Positions 1 to 11,994 of a stretch of 64,000 bases of DNA are shown here, piece after piece. This DNA is from the human T2T-CHM13v2.0 reference genome, Homo sapiens. Positions within the stretch are counted from its first letter, which is position 1; the number at the start of each line of letters is the position of its first letter. The notes beneath the pieces were generated by a model. The model had not been told where the DNA came from. It was given only the letters and a program-made list of their open reading frames with translations, and ran no database searches. The translations under genes and the position numbers were made by a program. The stretch is from NCBI RefSeq assembly GCF_009914755.1, contig NC_060927.1; one strand, written 5' to 3'.

Positions 1-67
1 GATTTGCCACCTTAATTTGTCAGGGGAGGCTAAGTGGCGAGTGGCTTAAAACCGTGTGCAACTTTTA

Positions 68-439
<372 letters not shown>

Positions 440-894
440 GGAGCCCTTTCAATATCAGTGTGTCAGGAAAAGACCTGGTTATCTCATTCTAGTTTTGAAA
501 TCTGACTTTTTACCCAAAAGCTGTTAATGCCTTGAGAACAACCTCTAAATGCTATCCATATTGTAAGTAATAAAAAATAGGACTGGTCCTATATACTATG
601 CAAATAGTCAGCACTTCATTAACATTGAAACTCATTGCTAGTGATCATATGGATTTTCAATGATAAAGGTTCTTCTATGTAATATATTCAGAAAAAATAT
701 TTACACCATTGAGGAGATTTTAGGTAAAGTCAAGCAACAGAAGACAGCTAGATTTTATTGCAGCATTCTAGTCTCAGTTTCTCTGAACCTCTTATTTTGT
801 GGGGAATGATACAGTTCTGGAGGCTTCTCTTCAAATTTCTCACCCATCACAATAATAATAAAAATATTTGAATAGTGTTTTAAATTTTGCAAAT

Positions 895-1010
895 AATTTT
901 CATATTAATTTGCTCATTCCACCTTCACTGATTACACAGCTAACATTCCCTTTTACAGATGATGGGGCAAAGGCTCAGAAAAGTCGTGATATACCCAAAG
1001 TCACCCTCCA
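895..1010 (-). mobile_element. MIR fragment
   Basis: CCCTTTTACAGATGATGGGGCAAAGGCTCAGAAAAGTCGTGATATACCCAAAGTCAC resembles the antisense MIR core. Confidence 0.7.
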
Positions 1011-1322
1011 AATCTCACCCTTTTTCAACTATATCCTAAAGCCGTTTATGTTCCTCTATTTTAGCTTCAGCCATATGTATTGCTCGAACTCTCATATGGG
1101 CAATTATGAATCGAAAACTGTTATAAGTAGTATCAATAAAACTAATTAAAATTAAGTTCATAATTACTTATCCTTTCTTGCCTCCTGAGTCATATGTATG
1201 AAATTATCATTCAAAGCAAAATTACTGGCATGATAATAAACACATGTGTAGCCCTAACTAGGTATTTCTTTGTTTTCAGTGTGCTAAAATTTATATTCTC
1301 ACCTGACATATAAGATATGAAC

Positions 1323-1398
1323 ATAGGCTGAATTGTGTTCCTCCACCCAAATTAATATGTTGAAGTTCTAACACCCAGTACTTCAGTATGTGTCTGAA
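1323..1398 (+). mobile_element. MaLR LTR (MLT1A/B/MST-like) 5' fragment
   Basis: GGCTGAATTGTGTTCCTCCACCCAAATTAATATGTTGAAGTTCTAACACCCAGTACTTCAG matches the MLT1 5' end. Confidence 0.75.
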
Positions 1399-1771
1399 GT
1401 TTTCACTAACATGGTGGGATTTATGCTGAGCATTAAGGGTGGGTAAGGTTTTGACATAAGTAGCTAAGTAGTAGGAAAAGAAAGATACAATGAAAGTGAA
1501 AATTCATAGAGGACAACAAACAGGCAGCTTGGCTGAAGCGGAAAAAGTGATAAAACCAAGTCAATTTGGTTTCTGGGAGGAGAGAACTGAAGAGTGATGG
1601 GTAATCTCATTGTGAGAGGAGGGTGTGAGGATGAACTGGACATATTCACTAGCTTCCATTCATAAGTCAGCCTGTTACCCCATCTATAAGAACAACTCCA
1701 TTCTATGCCTGTCTTAGGCATTTATTGAATCCTTTTTCAGAAATACCCAGGGAAACAAATGCTTCTTCCTG

Positions 1772-2165
1772 TGGCAAAGTGGCTCTCAGAATCACATGGG
1801 GACATTTATTCATTGTCCCCGTCCCAGACATAGTGAAACAGAATCTCTAGGGTCATGTGCTCAACTTTGGCTGTACATTATAAATCACCTGGGGAGCTTT
1901 AAAAAATTCTGTTGCCCAGGTTACAGTCAAAACCAATTAAATCAGACTTACTGGTGATGGGAGCTAGGCATCAGTATTTTTCTAAAGCATCTCCCGCCCC
2001 CTCCCCACCTTCCACCAGCCACAGGTGATTCCAACATGTAGCCAAGTTTTGGCTACTGCTATGCAGGTGATTCCAACATGTACCCAAGTACAGGCTACTT
2101 CTATGCAGTAGGGCCTGGCTATCTGTGCTTTTAGTAAGCCTCCTGAATGATTCTAGCCAACCCAT
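1772..2165. mobile_element. Nested hAT-Charlie MITEs: MER5A1-like element (~1853-2060) inside an older MER5-like element
   Basis: Outer AGAATCACATGGGG...GAATCTCTAGGGT resumes as AGGGCCTGG...TTTTAGTAAGCCTCCTGAATGATTCT; inner CTCAACTTTGGCTGTACATTATAAATCACCTGGGGAGCTTT...CAGGTGATTCCAACATG. Confidence 0.7.
2022..2108. repeat. 42-bp tandem duplication (2 copies)
   Basis: CAGGTGATTCCAACATGTAGCCAAGTTTTGGCTACTGCTATG at 2022 and CAGGTGATTCCAACATGTACCCAAGTACAGGCTACTTCTATG at 2064. Confidence 0.95.
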
Positions 2166-2399
2166 GAAAAACATTTGATCCTCAGCACCAAGGCATCTAT
2201 CTTCTATTCCTTGGTTAGCTTTCTCTAATCCCCTAACAAAAAAGAAACATGTTTCCTCTTGTTCTCCACTCTTGCCTATCAAGAAAACTTTGCACTTATT
2301 TAGCTAAACTTACTTCCCTATTTGGCAAGATAAAAAAATAGTGTTACACACAAAACATACAACATAGCATCAGGGTCCTAAAATCAACTTAACATCAAG

Positions 2400-3170
2400 G
2401 CCCTTTACAAGCTATACTATGTACGGATGAGTTCAAGAAGAAGAGTGTTGAAAAATAAGACACTTATGGACCAGATTGTGGAAGGACCAGTTTTTCAGCT
2501 ACAGAGTCAATGGCCTTGAAAAAATAATACAGCAGGAGATTGGCAAGATCAACATAAATTTTAAGGAAACTATAAAGAAAGTAATAAAACAAAAAATGTG
2601 AGAGGCAGTGTAAAGGAGGAACAATTGAACTTGAGTGATAGTTAAGTATGTGAGAAAGTTGGGAATTAAAGACGTGATTCTGAAGTTGTAAGCCTGGGTG
2701 ATAGAAAGAAATGACAGAAATGGGAAAATGAAGAGAAGGGACTGGATTTTCTAGGGGGAAAGTGGATACTATTACATTTGGGATTAAGTTTTTTAAAAAA
2801 AGAAAAAATAGGGGGAAAGTGGGGACGGAAAGAGGACTGAATTAGGTTTTACTTGTCTGAGATAACATGGCGTTTAGAAAGCAAGGCCAGTCTAGAGACA
2901 GAGATTTCAAATCTTCTGCCAAGGAGTCTCAGGTGCAGCCAAAAGAGAATACTGGGAAAGATGAGTAGAGAACCAAAGACAGAAATTTGAGAAATTCCAG
3001 TAGAAAAGTAAGTGGAACCAATGAAGCCAAAAAAGAAACATCTATTAGATCAGCAGGAGGAAAACCTGGATAAAGTCACAGAAGAAGAGAAAGGGGAAAG
3101 AGGAAGTGATCCATAGTGTGAAATGGCTAAGGAGAAGGAAGCCTAAGATAACAGATATGATAACTGCTCA
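2400..3170 (-). mobile_element. L2 fragment(s), highly diverged
   Basis: Purine-rich antisense L2 motifs (CCAGATTGTGGAAGG, AGCCTGGGTGATAGAAAGAAATGACAGAAATGGG). Confidence 0.55.
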
Positions 3171-3189
3171 TTTCATAGCAGTGCCTAAG

Positions 3190-4200
3190 AGCTATCATTG
3201 GCTTTCCACTGCCTGCAGGTTAATATTAGCCTGACAAGAAAAGGCCTTTATAGTTGGCTCTAGTATACCTTTGTGATGCTTTATCTCCCAACTGACACTG
3301 AACTACATACTAAATATGTATTGCTACTATGTTCTCCTAAGCTTTTTTATACATGCTACTTTCTTTACTTGATGACATTTTACTCATTCCTCAGGATTCA
3401 GCTCATTATGCCAGTTCCTCCATGAATCCTGGTATACTCCTAGTCCCAATTTCAATAATGTCTAGTCAGTGCTTTGTCAATGCTAACACTTCAGTTTGTA
3501 CATACCTTAACGGTAGAACTTACCACATGGCATCATCATTTTTTTACCCATCTGTTTCAGTTATCTATTGCTATGTAACAAATCATTCCAAAACATAATG
3601 ACTTAAGTAATAACTAAGTTATTATTGTCTCAACATTCCATGGGTTGACTGGGATCTGCTATGTGGTTGTTCTGCTCCACGTGACATCAGCTGGAGCTAC
3701 AGTCAACTTTAGGGCTCCATAAAGATGGAGCATGTAAGACAGTTCACTCATACGTCTAGGACCTTGGCTGAGATAGTTGGAGGATTGGGCTCAAGCTGGG
3801 ATGTTGGTGTTGGGAAAGCTGGGCTTCTTTCTCTTCATGAGGTCTCTCCACATGTTTTTTCATGTGGTCCCTCCACCAAAGCAGCCCAACTTCTTATACA
3901 GCTGCTCAGGGTGTAAGAGCGTTCCAAAAGGAAGGAATCAGAAGCTGTCAGTCCTCTTAAAGGGGGCCCTGAACTGGCACTGTGTCACCTCCACTGCTAT
4001 TAACACAAGTCGGGGCCAGGAACTGCTCAAAGGCATGAAAGGACACAGTTCCATAGGGACCACTTTGGAGCTGTCACCCTTATTAATCTGCTACTTGCTT
4101 GAAGAGCAAAGATTATATCTTTTTCATCTTTGTGGCCCAAGTACCTACTGGGGAACTTAACACATAGTGGACACCCATTAAATGATGGTTGAGTTGGATC
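3190..4200 (+). mobile_element. L2 3' region split by an MLT1 insertion (3190-3545 and 4080-4200)
   Basis: TGGCTTTCCACTGCC...TCAGGATTCAGCTC; 3' end CTTAACACATAGTGGACACCCATTAAATGATGGTTGA. Confidence 0.55.
3553..4078 (-). mobile_element. Old MLT1 (H/I/J-like) solo LTR
   Basis: TGTTTCAGTTATCTATTGCTATGTAACAAATCATTCCAAAACATAATGACTTAA is the antisense MLT1 3' end; GAACTGGCACTGTGTCAC motif. Confidence 0.8.
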
Positions 4201-4391
4201 TTGAGAATTGAGGAACAGGCCAAGTTAAGAAAAGTAAGGGCCAATGCCAAGTTGGGGATGGAAGTGGAAGTATCTCAATTTTCAACTTCTGGTGTTATAT
4301 CAAAAGGAGGCCACACCTGCTGTCATCAATTTTTTATCTGAATTTAAAATGTTAATCTATTGAGTGGGAACATTTAAAATATGTCATAATT

Positions 4392-4447
4392 TGTGTAATC
4401 CTGTTTAGCGTATTAAAAAATACAGAAATGCTAAACAGGATTACACA
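4392..4447. repeat. Inverted repeat with perfect 18-bp arms
   Basis: TGTGTAATCCTGTTTAGC (4392-4409) / GCTAAACAGGATTACACA (4430-4447). Confidence 0.95.
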
Positions 4448-4957
4448 TATGGAAGTGGCCTGAGATGCTCCTGACAAGTTGAGAGTCCCCAGGAATAACC
4501 ATTGTTAAGTGTACATGTGAGATAGTAACTTTTAAACTGTGTTGCTAAGAGAAACCTGAGAGTTCAGTAGAACTCCCTCAGGGACCACTTTAGAGGGAAT
4601 GGGAATGAAGGGTCTGAGCTGAGCCTATGGGCCTGTGGACTCACAACCCATCCCTATCCAAACAAGGAAGCTTTTATTGATTTCACTTTTTTTTTTTTGA
4701 CACAAATAAGGTTTTATTTGGAAAACAAAGGCAGGTTTTGGGTTTTTCCCCCTGCTAAATACATTGTGAAACTTACATGCTAGGAAAAAAAGAGGAGATG
4801 AATAACAAGATTAACCATGAAGACTTGGCTGGAACTGGACAGCCTAAATTGGCAGCAGGCCAGAACAGCATGGTCCTATTGGCAAGGCAAATATAAGAAG
4901 GGATTAAAATGACCAAGCTGTCTAGGGAGACAGTATGGAGGAGGGAGAGTGACATAC

Positions 4958-5127
4958 TTTGAGTGTAGAGCCCAGATTTTAGTCCAGCTTCATCACAAAC
5001 TAGCTCTATAGCCTTGGATAGGACACTTAACCTGAGTGGATCTCAGTTTCCCCATTTGCAAAACAAGGTCATTGGTCTAAATGACTTTCGAAGTCTGGGG
5101 TTCCTACTCTAAGACTCTGTGATTCCA
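4958..5127 (+). mobile_element. MIR3/MIRc-like
   Basis: CACTTAACCTGAGTGGATCTCAGTTTCCCCATTTGCAAAA core and CTCTAAGACTCTGTGATTC tail. Confidence 0.75.
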
Positions 5128-5294
5128 GGGGGTTAATGTAGCAGTGCAGGTGATTGACAGTAATTTCCAGGCTTCACATTTATTCATTATTATCAGAGTA
5201 ACCCCATTTTTGCATGGTATGAGGACCAGAAAAGAAAGATGAAAAGTTTAGGAGTTTGATATTGCAGTATAGAGTTCTTAGCTCAGATAATATC

Positions 5295-5500
5295 TGATAT
5301 TAACTGGGCATTAAATACTGCTATTGTACTAAGCACTCTATCCATAACATAGCATTTAATTCTCACAACATCTCTATCAGGTAGGTACTGTTATCCCAAT
5401 TATAAAGATGAATAAATTGAAGTTTAAAAGACTGTCATTTGCCTAGGGTCATACACCTAATAAGGGATACAGCAGGGGTTTAAATCCAGGGATTCAAATG
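5295..5500 (-). mobile_element. MIR
   Basis: TTTAATTCTCACAACATCTCTATCAGGTAGGTACTGTTATCCCAATT...TGCCTAGGGTCATAC. Confidence 0.8.
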
Positions 5501-5959
5501 CATATCTTTATTTTTTCCCCTATTCATGTAAAGTCTGCCCATATTATAAAGTCCTAAAGAACTAGGCTTCTTACCAGCTTAACTCACTTTATACAACCAT
5601 AGCACATGGCTTCAGGCATGCTGGCACCTAGTGGGAATCTTTTTATAATGATGATGCCAGTAGTGTTGACAATATTAATGCTGGTTAAACAGAATTTATC
5701 TTTGAAATGCAAGTTAACAAACAGAATCTAGAATTTCAATATCAGTTCTATTCCACTGCTTGTATGTAATTCTACAGGAAACTCTACTGCTAAAAAGAAA
5801 CTATGAAAGAATGGATGCATTTTCAGAGAAGTTCAAAAATTTCAAATTCTACTCTATGAATTAGGTAGATGTGTAGGTGGCAGAAGTGTCCAAAATATTT
5901 CACATTTTGGTAGCTTGTAAAATAGATAAGTTTAAAAAAACCTTATATTTGTAAAACAT

Positions 5960-6155
5960 TACCAGACCACAGAGAAACTTCATAAATACTATTTCAGTTA
6001 ATTTTCACAACCCCATGAACATTATCATCCCATTTTAGAGATCTAAAAACTGAGGTTTATATAAGTTAAATTTTTTTGCCCAGGGTGAGATAGCTAGTAA
6101 GTGGAAGCAAATTTTTATCTTTAGACTCCAAGTCCAGTGTCTTTCCATTACACTA
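5960..6155 (-). mobile_element. MIR
   Basis: ATTATCATCCCATTTTAGAGATCTAAAAACTGAGG...GCCCAGGGTGAGATAGCTAGTAAGTGG. Confidence 0.8.
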
Positions 6156-6422
6156 CAAGATACTTTACTAAAATGAACATTATGTATCAGTAAAATATAA
6201 CAGCTATTACCTGCTAGAATAGAATTGATTAGTTTTGCCCCCTAGAGGATAAAATTATATATTTTCCAAAGATTTGGTTGCTACAGGTAACAACTTGGAG
6301 TTATAATATTAATAATATTGTATTAATATTGTATATTTATATAATAATATTGTGATATAGATGGATTAAAATATGTGGCTAACACTTTAAAAGAGGCAAA
6401 TAAAAACAAAACCAAACATAAG

Positions 6423-6713
<291 letters not shown>

Positions 6714-6726
6714 CAAACATAAGTTT

Positions 6727-6752
6727 TGTTGTTGTTGTTGTTGTTGTTGTTT
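6727..6752. repeat. (GTT)n microsatellite
   Basis: Read directly. Confidence 0.95.
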
Positions 6753-6974
6753 TAAATTAGGACTGTGAGCACAGCTAAATGCACTATTCTGTGTATATAG
6801 GACTAGGTAATGTATCGCTATTTTAATGTTTTTAGGATTTTAAACCTAACTATTATAAATCAATAGTTTATGGTTGGACTTTAAGCTACTAGGGGTTTTG
6901 ATATTTAAAGAGCTTAATTTTCTTGATCACAAGGAGAAAGCTTATATGCAGTATGTTCTTTAAATCCATACAGA

Positions 6975-7160
6975 TTTGGAGCATCCTCTGGCTCTATTGC
7001 TAACTACCTGTGTGACCTTGAAGAAATGCATTAACCTCTGTATCTATGTTTCCTCAAATTTATATGGGGCAATCATTCCTATGATTGCTTTGAAAATTAA
7101 ATATGGAAGTGTCAACAAAGCATATGGTGGAGGATCTGGTGCTCAAAGAATATTAGTTAT
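6975..7160 (+). mobile_element. MIR
   Basis: CTACCTGTGTGACCTTGAAGAAATGCATTAACCTCTGTATCTATGTTTCCTCA. Confidence 0.8.
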
Positions 7161-7564
7161 CTTCCTTAAGGAACTTGTGAGTATTGGTATATTGGGCTAC
7201 AATGTGCCTGCTACAAAACCAAAACCAAAAACCCCTTCATCTCTACTTGTCTCTACTACTAATGTCAGATAGTAGACATTAATATCTGACATTAAAGAGT
7301 GAGCTATTTAGCACCCCCTCTGGTACCTTGTTCACAGCCAGGAACTTGGTAGGTGCCCAATAAATGTTAGTTGAATTAAACTGAAATCAAATTACCACAT
7401 CCCCCCAGGGTCTCAAGTGTTTAATTAGAAGCCCACCATAGTCAGTATCTCATTGGCCAGTATTCGGCCAATATATAAAAGGATGTTGTCCTTGTAACAT
7501 TCCTCCTTGGTCTCTGGGCCCTGCTTTTTTGTCATGGTTCATTCCAGCTGAACTAAAATTTCCC

Positions 7565-7810
7565 CAAACATGACTGAAGCGATGGGCCGAATCTAACAAG
7601 ATTAAGTTTAATAGGGATAAATGTAAAGACTTATACTTCAGTCCAAAAAGAATCCTGTACAAGTGCTAGATGGAGAATATGGGGATTAGCAGCAACATGT
7701 GTGAAAAGGACTTAGGGGTTTTAGTTGATATTAAGCTCAATTAGTCAACAGTGTGCTTTTCCTAACAAGAAAGTTGACGTGAACTGAGCCTGCATTAACT
7801 CCTGCACCAG
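7565..7810 (+). mobile_element. L3/CR1 fragment
   Basis: TGGGCCGAATCTAACAAGATTAAGTTTAATAGGGATAAATGTAAAG...GTGAAAAGGACTTAGGGGTTTTAGTTGA (CR1 RT C-terminal region). Confidence 0.8.
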
Positions 7811-7829
7811 CCTGGCGATTACCCGACTG

Positions 7830-8017
7830 CACTAGTTTTCAAACTTTAGCTATATCAGAATCACCTGGCAGGCTTGTTAAAACACAGACCATGGCCCCAT
7901 CCCCCAGAGTTTCTGATTCAGTAGGTCTGGGGTGGGGCCTGAGAATTTGCATTTCTAATGAGTTCCCAAATCAGTGCTAATGTTGCTGGTTCTGGGATCA
8001 TACTTTGGAAATCACTG
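7830..8017. mobile_element. MER5A (hAT-Charlie MITE)
   Basis: CAGAATCACCTGGCAGGCTTGTTAAAACACAGA...CAGAGTTTCTGATTCAGTAGGTCTGGGGTGGGGCCTGAGAATTTGCATTTCTAA. Confidence 0.9.
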
Positions 8018-8154
8018 CCCTCCTTTATTTTGCCTGGTCAGGTAACACGGGTACTATTAGTAACAAAAATAGTGAAGAGACTGAAAACATAAGAGGGACA
8101 AGGAAGGAAGGAAAGAAATGAAGAGTTGTTATGTGCTATAGTGATATTAGTATG

Positions 8155-8450
8155 AATAATAATAATAGCTAACATTTGTTGAGAGTTTATTATGGGCTGG
8201 AAGTTCTACCAAACATATCATATGCAATTAATGACGGTAATAATAATAACTACCAACCAGATAGCACTTACTGTGTGCCAAGTTTTGTTCTATATGCTTT
8301 ACATATTTCACCCTTACAACAGTCCTAAGAGGTACATATTACTATGCTCATTTTTCAGATAAGGACACTGCAACCCAGAGAAGAAACCTGCAAAGGCCGT
8401 GTTCACACACTCACAAGAGATATGGCTGTGATTTGGATCCAGATGTGATG
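8155..8450 (-). mobile_element. MIR fragments (two 3' ends)
   Basis: ATAATAGCTAACATTTGTTGAG and AGCACTTACTGTGTGCCA...TTTTCAGATAAGGACACTG. Confidence 0.7.
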
Positions 8451-8564
8451 GGCTGACAACAAAACTCCTGTGATACCATGAAGTCTTCGGGAGGCAGAAT
8501 TGAAGTGAACATGAAGTTTAGCTTAGAGAAGAAAAGAATAAATACATACAAAACATTTGATGGT

Positions 8565-8970
8565 GAATAAACAGAAAATGGTGTATTCAACAGAATTTGA
8601 CTCAGCAATAAAAATGAACCAAACTATGGAAAACAACACCCAACAACAGGAAGAAATCTCAAAATAATTATGGTGGGTGAAAGAGGCCAGACCAAAAAAA
8701 AAAAAAAAAAAAGACTAGAAAATGTTAACTACCCAATAGTGATGAAAAACAAGCAGATCAGTGATTGCCTAGGGAGTGGAGGGAAGGGCACCCTGAAAAG
8801 AGGTAGGAAGGAAGGGATGATAAACAGGCAGAAGGAAACTTTTGAGGGTGGTGGATATATTCACTACCTTGATGGAGATGCTTGCAAGGGTGTCAAAATG
8901 CATCACATCGTATGCTTTAAACATGCACAGTTTATCGTATGTTAATTATAGTTCAATGAAGCCAAAAAAC
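8565..8970 (+). mobile_element. L1ME2-like 3' end
   Basis: AAGCAGATCAGTGATTGCCTAGGG...GGAAACTTTTGAGGGTGGTGGATATATTCACTACCTTGAT...CTTTAAACATGCACAGTTTAT. Confidence 0.8.
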
Positions 8971-10417
8971 ATATTTGAATTTAAATATGTTTAGTACAAT
9001 CCACAAATCCTATGAAGTAGACCAGTATTATTGTTCTACTAATAACAGATTGAAAATTGTGTTCGGTATACCTATAAAACAGGTAATTTTGACAAATAGC
9101 CCCTTCAGCATATCTAATGTATACTCAATATGTCTTACCAATTTCCAAGTAGAAATTATCCATTAAGTAATAACTTAGGTTCTATTAAAACCTAATTCAA
9201 TGGAAAAAACCTATTACTAAATTCTAGCTTATTAAAAACCAGTTTGGCCATAAGAGGTCACGAATTCTAAAAACTAATAATACTTAAATATATTACTTAA
9301 AATTACTTAAGTATTAAATAATACCTAAATATATTTACAATAATAATAGTAGTAGTAGAAGTAATGCCATTTCCTTATTAAGTTTCCCATTTTAAAAAAT
9401 ACCTTAAAAACTCTGAAATTTTTCTTCTGAAATAAATAAGAGGATAGATAGAATTATTCTCATTTACCAGACATTAATTTTTAAATTGCCCGAAAAATGC
9501 CTTTTCTACAACTTTTTTTTCATAACTGCTTTGATAAGAAGAATCACAATCTGTTTGGAAGTTTGCTTTGCTCAATGTCATAAGTTGGTTTACAATTCAA
9601 TCGAATGCCCTGGTTTGTCACAGGAGCTCACCAATAAGCAAAACAGCCAAGCCTTTTGAAGACTAATTAGAAAAAGTACAATAAAATTAATTCACACAGC
9701 ACATGTGTTTTCTTAGACTTGGAAGAAATATACTGTCTGTGAGCAAAGAATTCTAATCACATTTGGAGGCACTGCTATAGAACTGTTCCTGGGATTTTTC
9801 AGGATTATTAACACATGCTGTTCTCTAATTATTTGTGATTTAGTAGACACATAAAACTCACCTGATTAAGCAATCAAAACTGAATCTACGGCAGAGGTGG
9901 GTCTCATGCCCTCTGCATCTTTATTCTAATTTCAAGACAGAACTGAAGTGTTTCTATCCCCTGACTCTATCCCTAGGGAGAACAAAGTCATACAAGTCAA
10001 AGATAAACTAAAGGATACAGCTGGGCCTCCAAGATAAGGAGGAGTAGAGTGTGGGGAAACAGGAGTAAAGACCAAGTTCTCTGGTTCAGGAAGATCGATC
10101 CTCATCCCTCTATTGCCTGGAGGGGTGGTTTGGGAAGGAGGAGAAAAGGCCTAGAGGAGATGGCTTCCACCTGCCTGGAAGGTGGCCCAGAAAGAAAAGG
10201 AGTACACAGATTCAGTTTCAGCAAGGGACAGAGATCAGGGAGGAATTTGTGAGAAAGGCCATAGTGAAATAATCATGTAAGTGCCTTTGCCATTTCTCCC
10301 TCATTCCAAACTATATGGGGGTAGATGACTGCATGAAATCTCAGAATCCCAAGACTGGGGTCTTGGCTTTTAACAACAGACAATCAAGTGGGAAGGAATG
10401 CAAGCATATACTTCTAG

Positions 10418-10746
<329 letters not shown>

Positions 10747-10998
10747 TGAGTTCTATTAAGAGCCAGCCCTACCCAAAAAATCTTTGATGTCTTCCACTGG
10801 GGGATAGATAAGGGTTCTAGTATATTAAGAAATCACAGAATAATAAGAAAAAAAAATCACAGAATCATGTTTACATAGCACCTCTATAGACTCAGTCATA
10901 ATCTGGATTTCTCATGTGTGTCCAGGGATACATCATTTAATCAAGAAACACTAAGAACAAAATCTTGCGGAGAAGGATCTCAGTAACTGGTGGGTAAC

Positions 10999-11191
10999 CA
11001 GGACTGGTTTCACAAGTGTAGGACTTATACAGTAACACCAGTAACACAGTCCCCAAGCACCTCTCCCCGACCTGCCCCACATCCCTACTTGGTTTAATGC
11101 TCTACTGTGCTAAAAAAATTCTTAATACATTTTGAACAAGGAGTTCTGCATTTTCATTTTGTATCAGGCAATAAGTTTGTAGCCAGTCCTG
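10999..11191 (+). mobile_element. MER91A-like (hAT-Tip100) MITE
   Basis: TIRs CAGGACTGGTT / AGCCAGTCCTG; internal CTTGGTTTAATGCTCT...TTTTGAACAAGGAG...GCATTTTCATTTTG; degenerate 8-bp TSD TGGGTAAC/AGGTTAAC. Confidence 0.85.
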
Positions 11192-11330
11192 AGGTTAACA
11201 ATGTAAGACCTGGATTACAGACCTCTCCTTTCTGGGAAATCCCTTCTGTCTGGGCACCTTATTACTAGTTGCAATATTTGTCAGATGTTTTTCAAAAGGG
11301 AACATAATTAAAATAAACTGCTACTCCCTA

Positions 11331-11994
<664 letters not shown>

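Noticed and set aside
2022-2108. CRISPR-like repeats (also 48721-48794)
   Set aside because: Only two adjacent units, no unique spacers, and a eukaryotic context.
9275-9345. Repeated TACTTAA units (also the AT-rich tract at 6300-6360)
   Set aside because: Low-complexity AT-rich slippage with no regular period.
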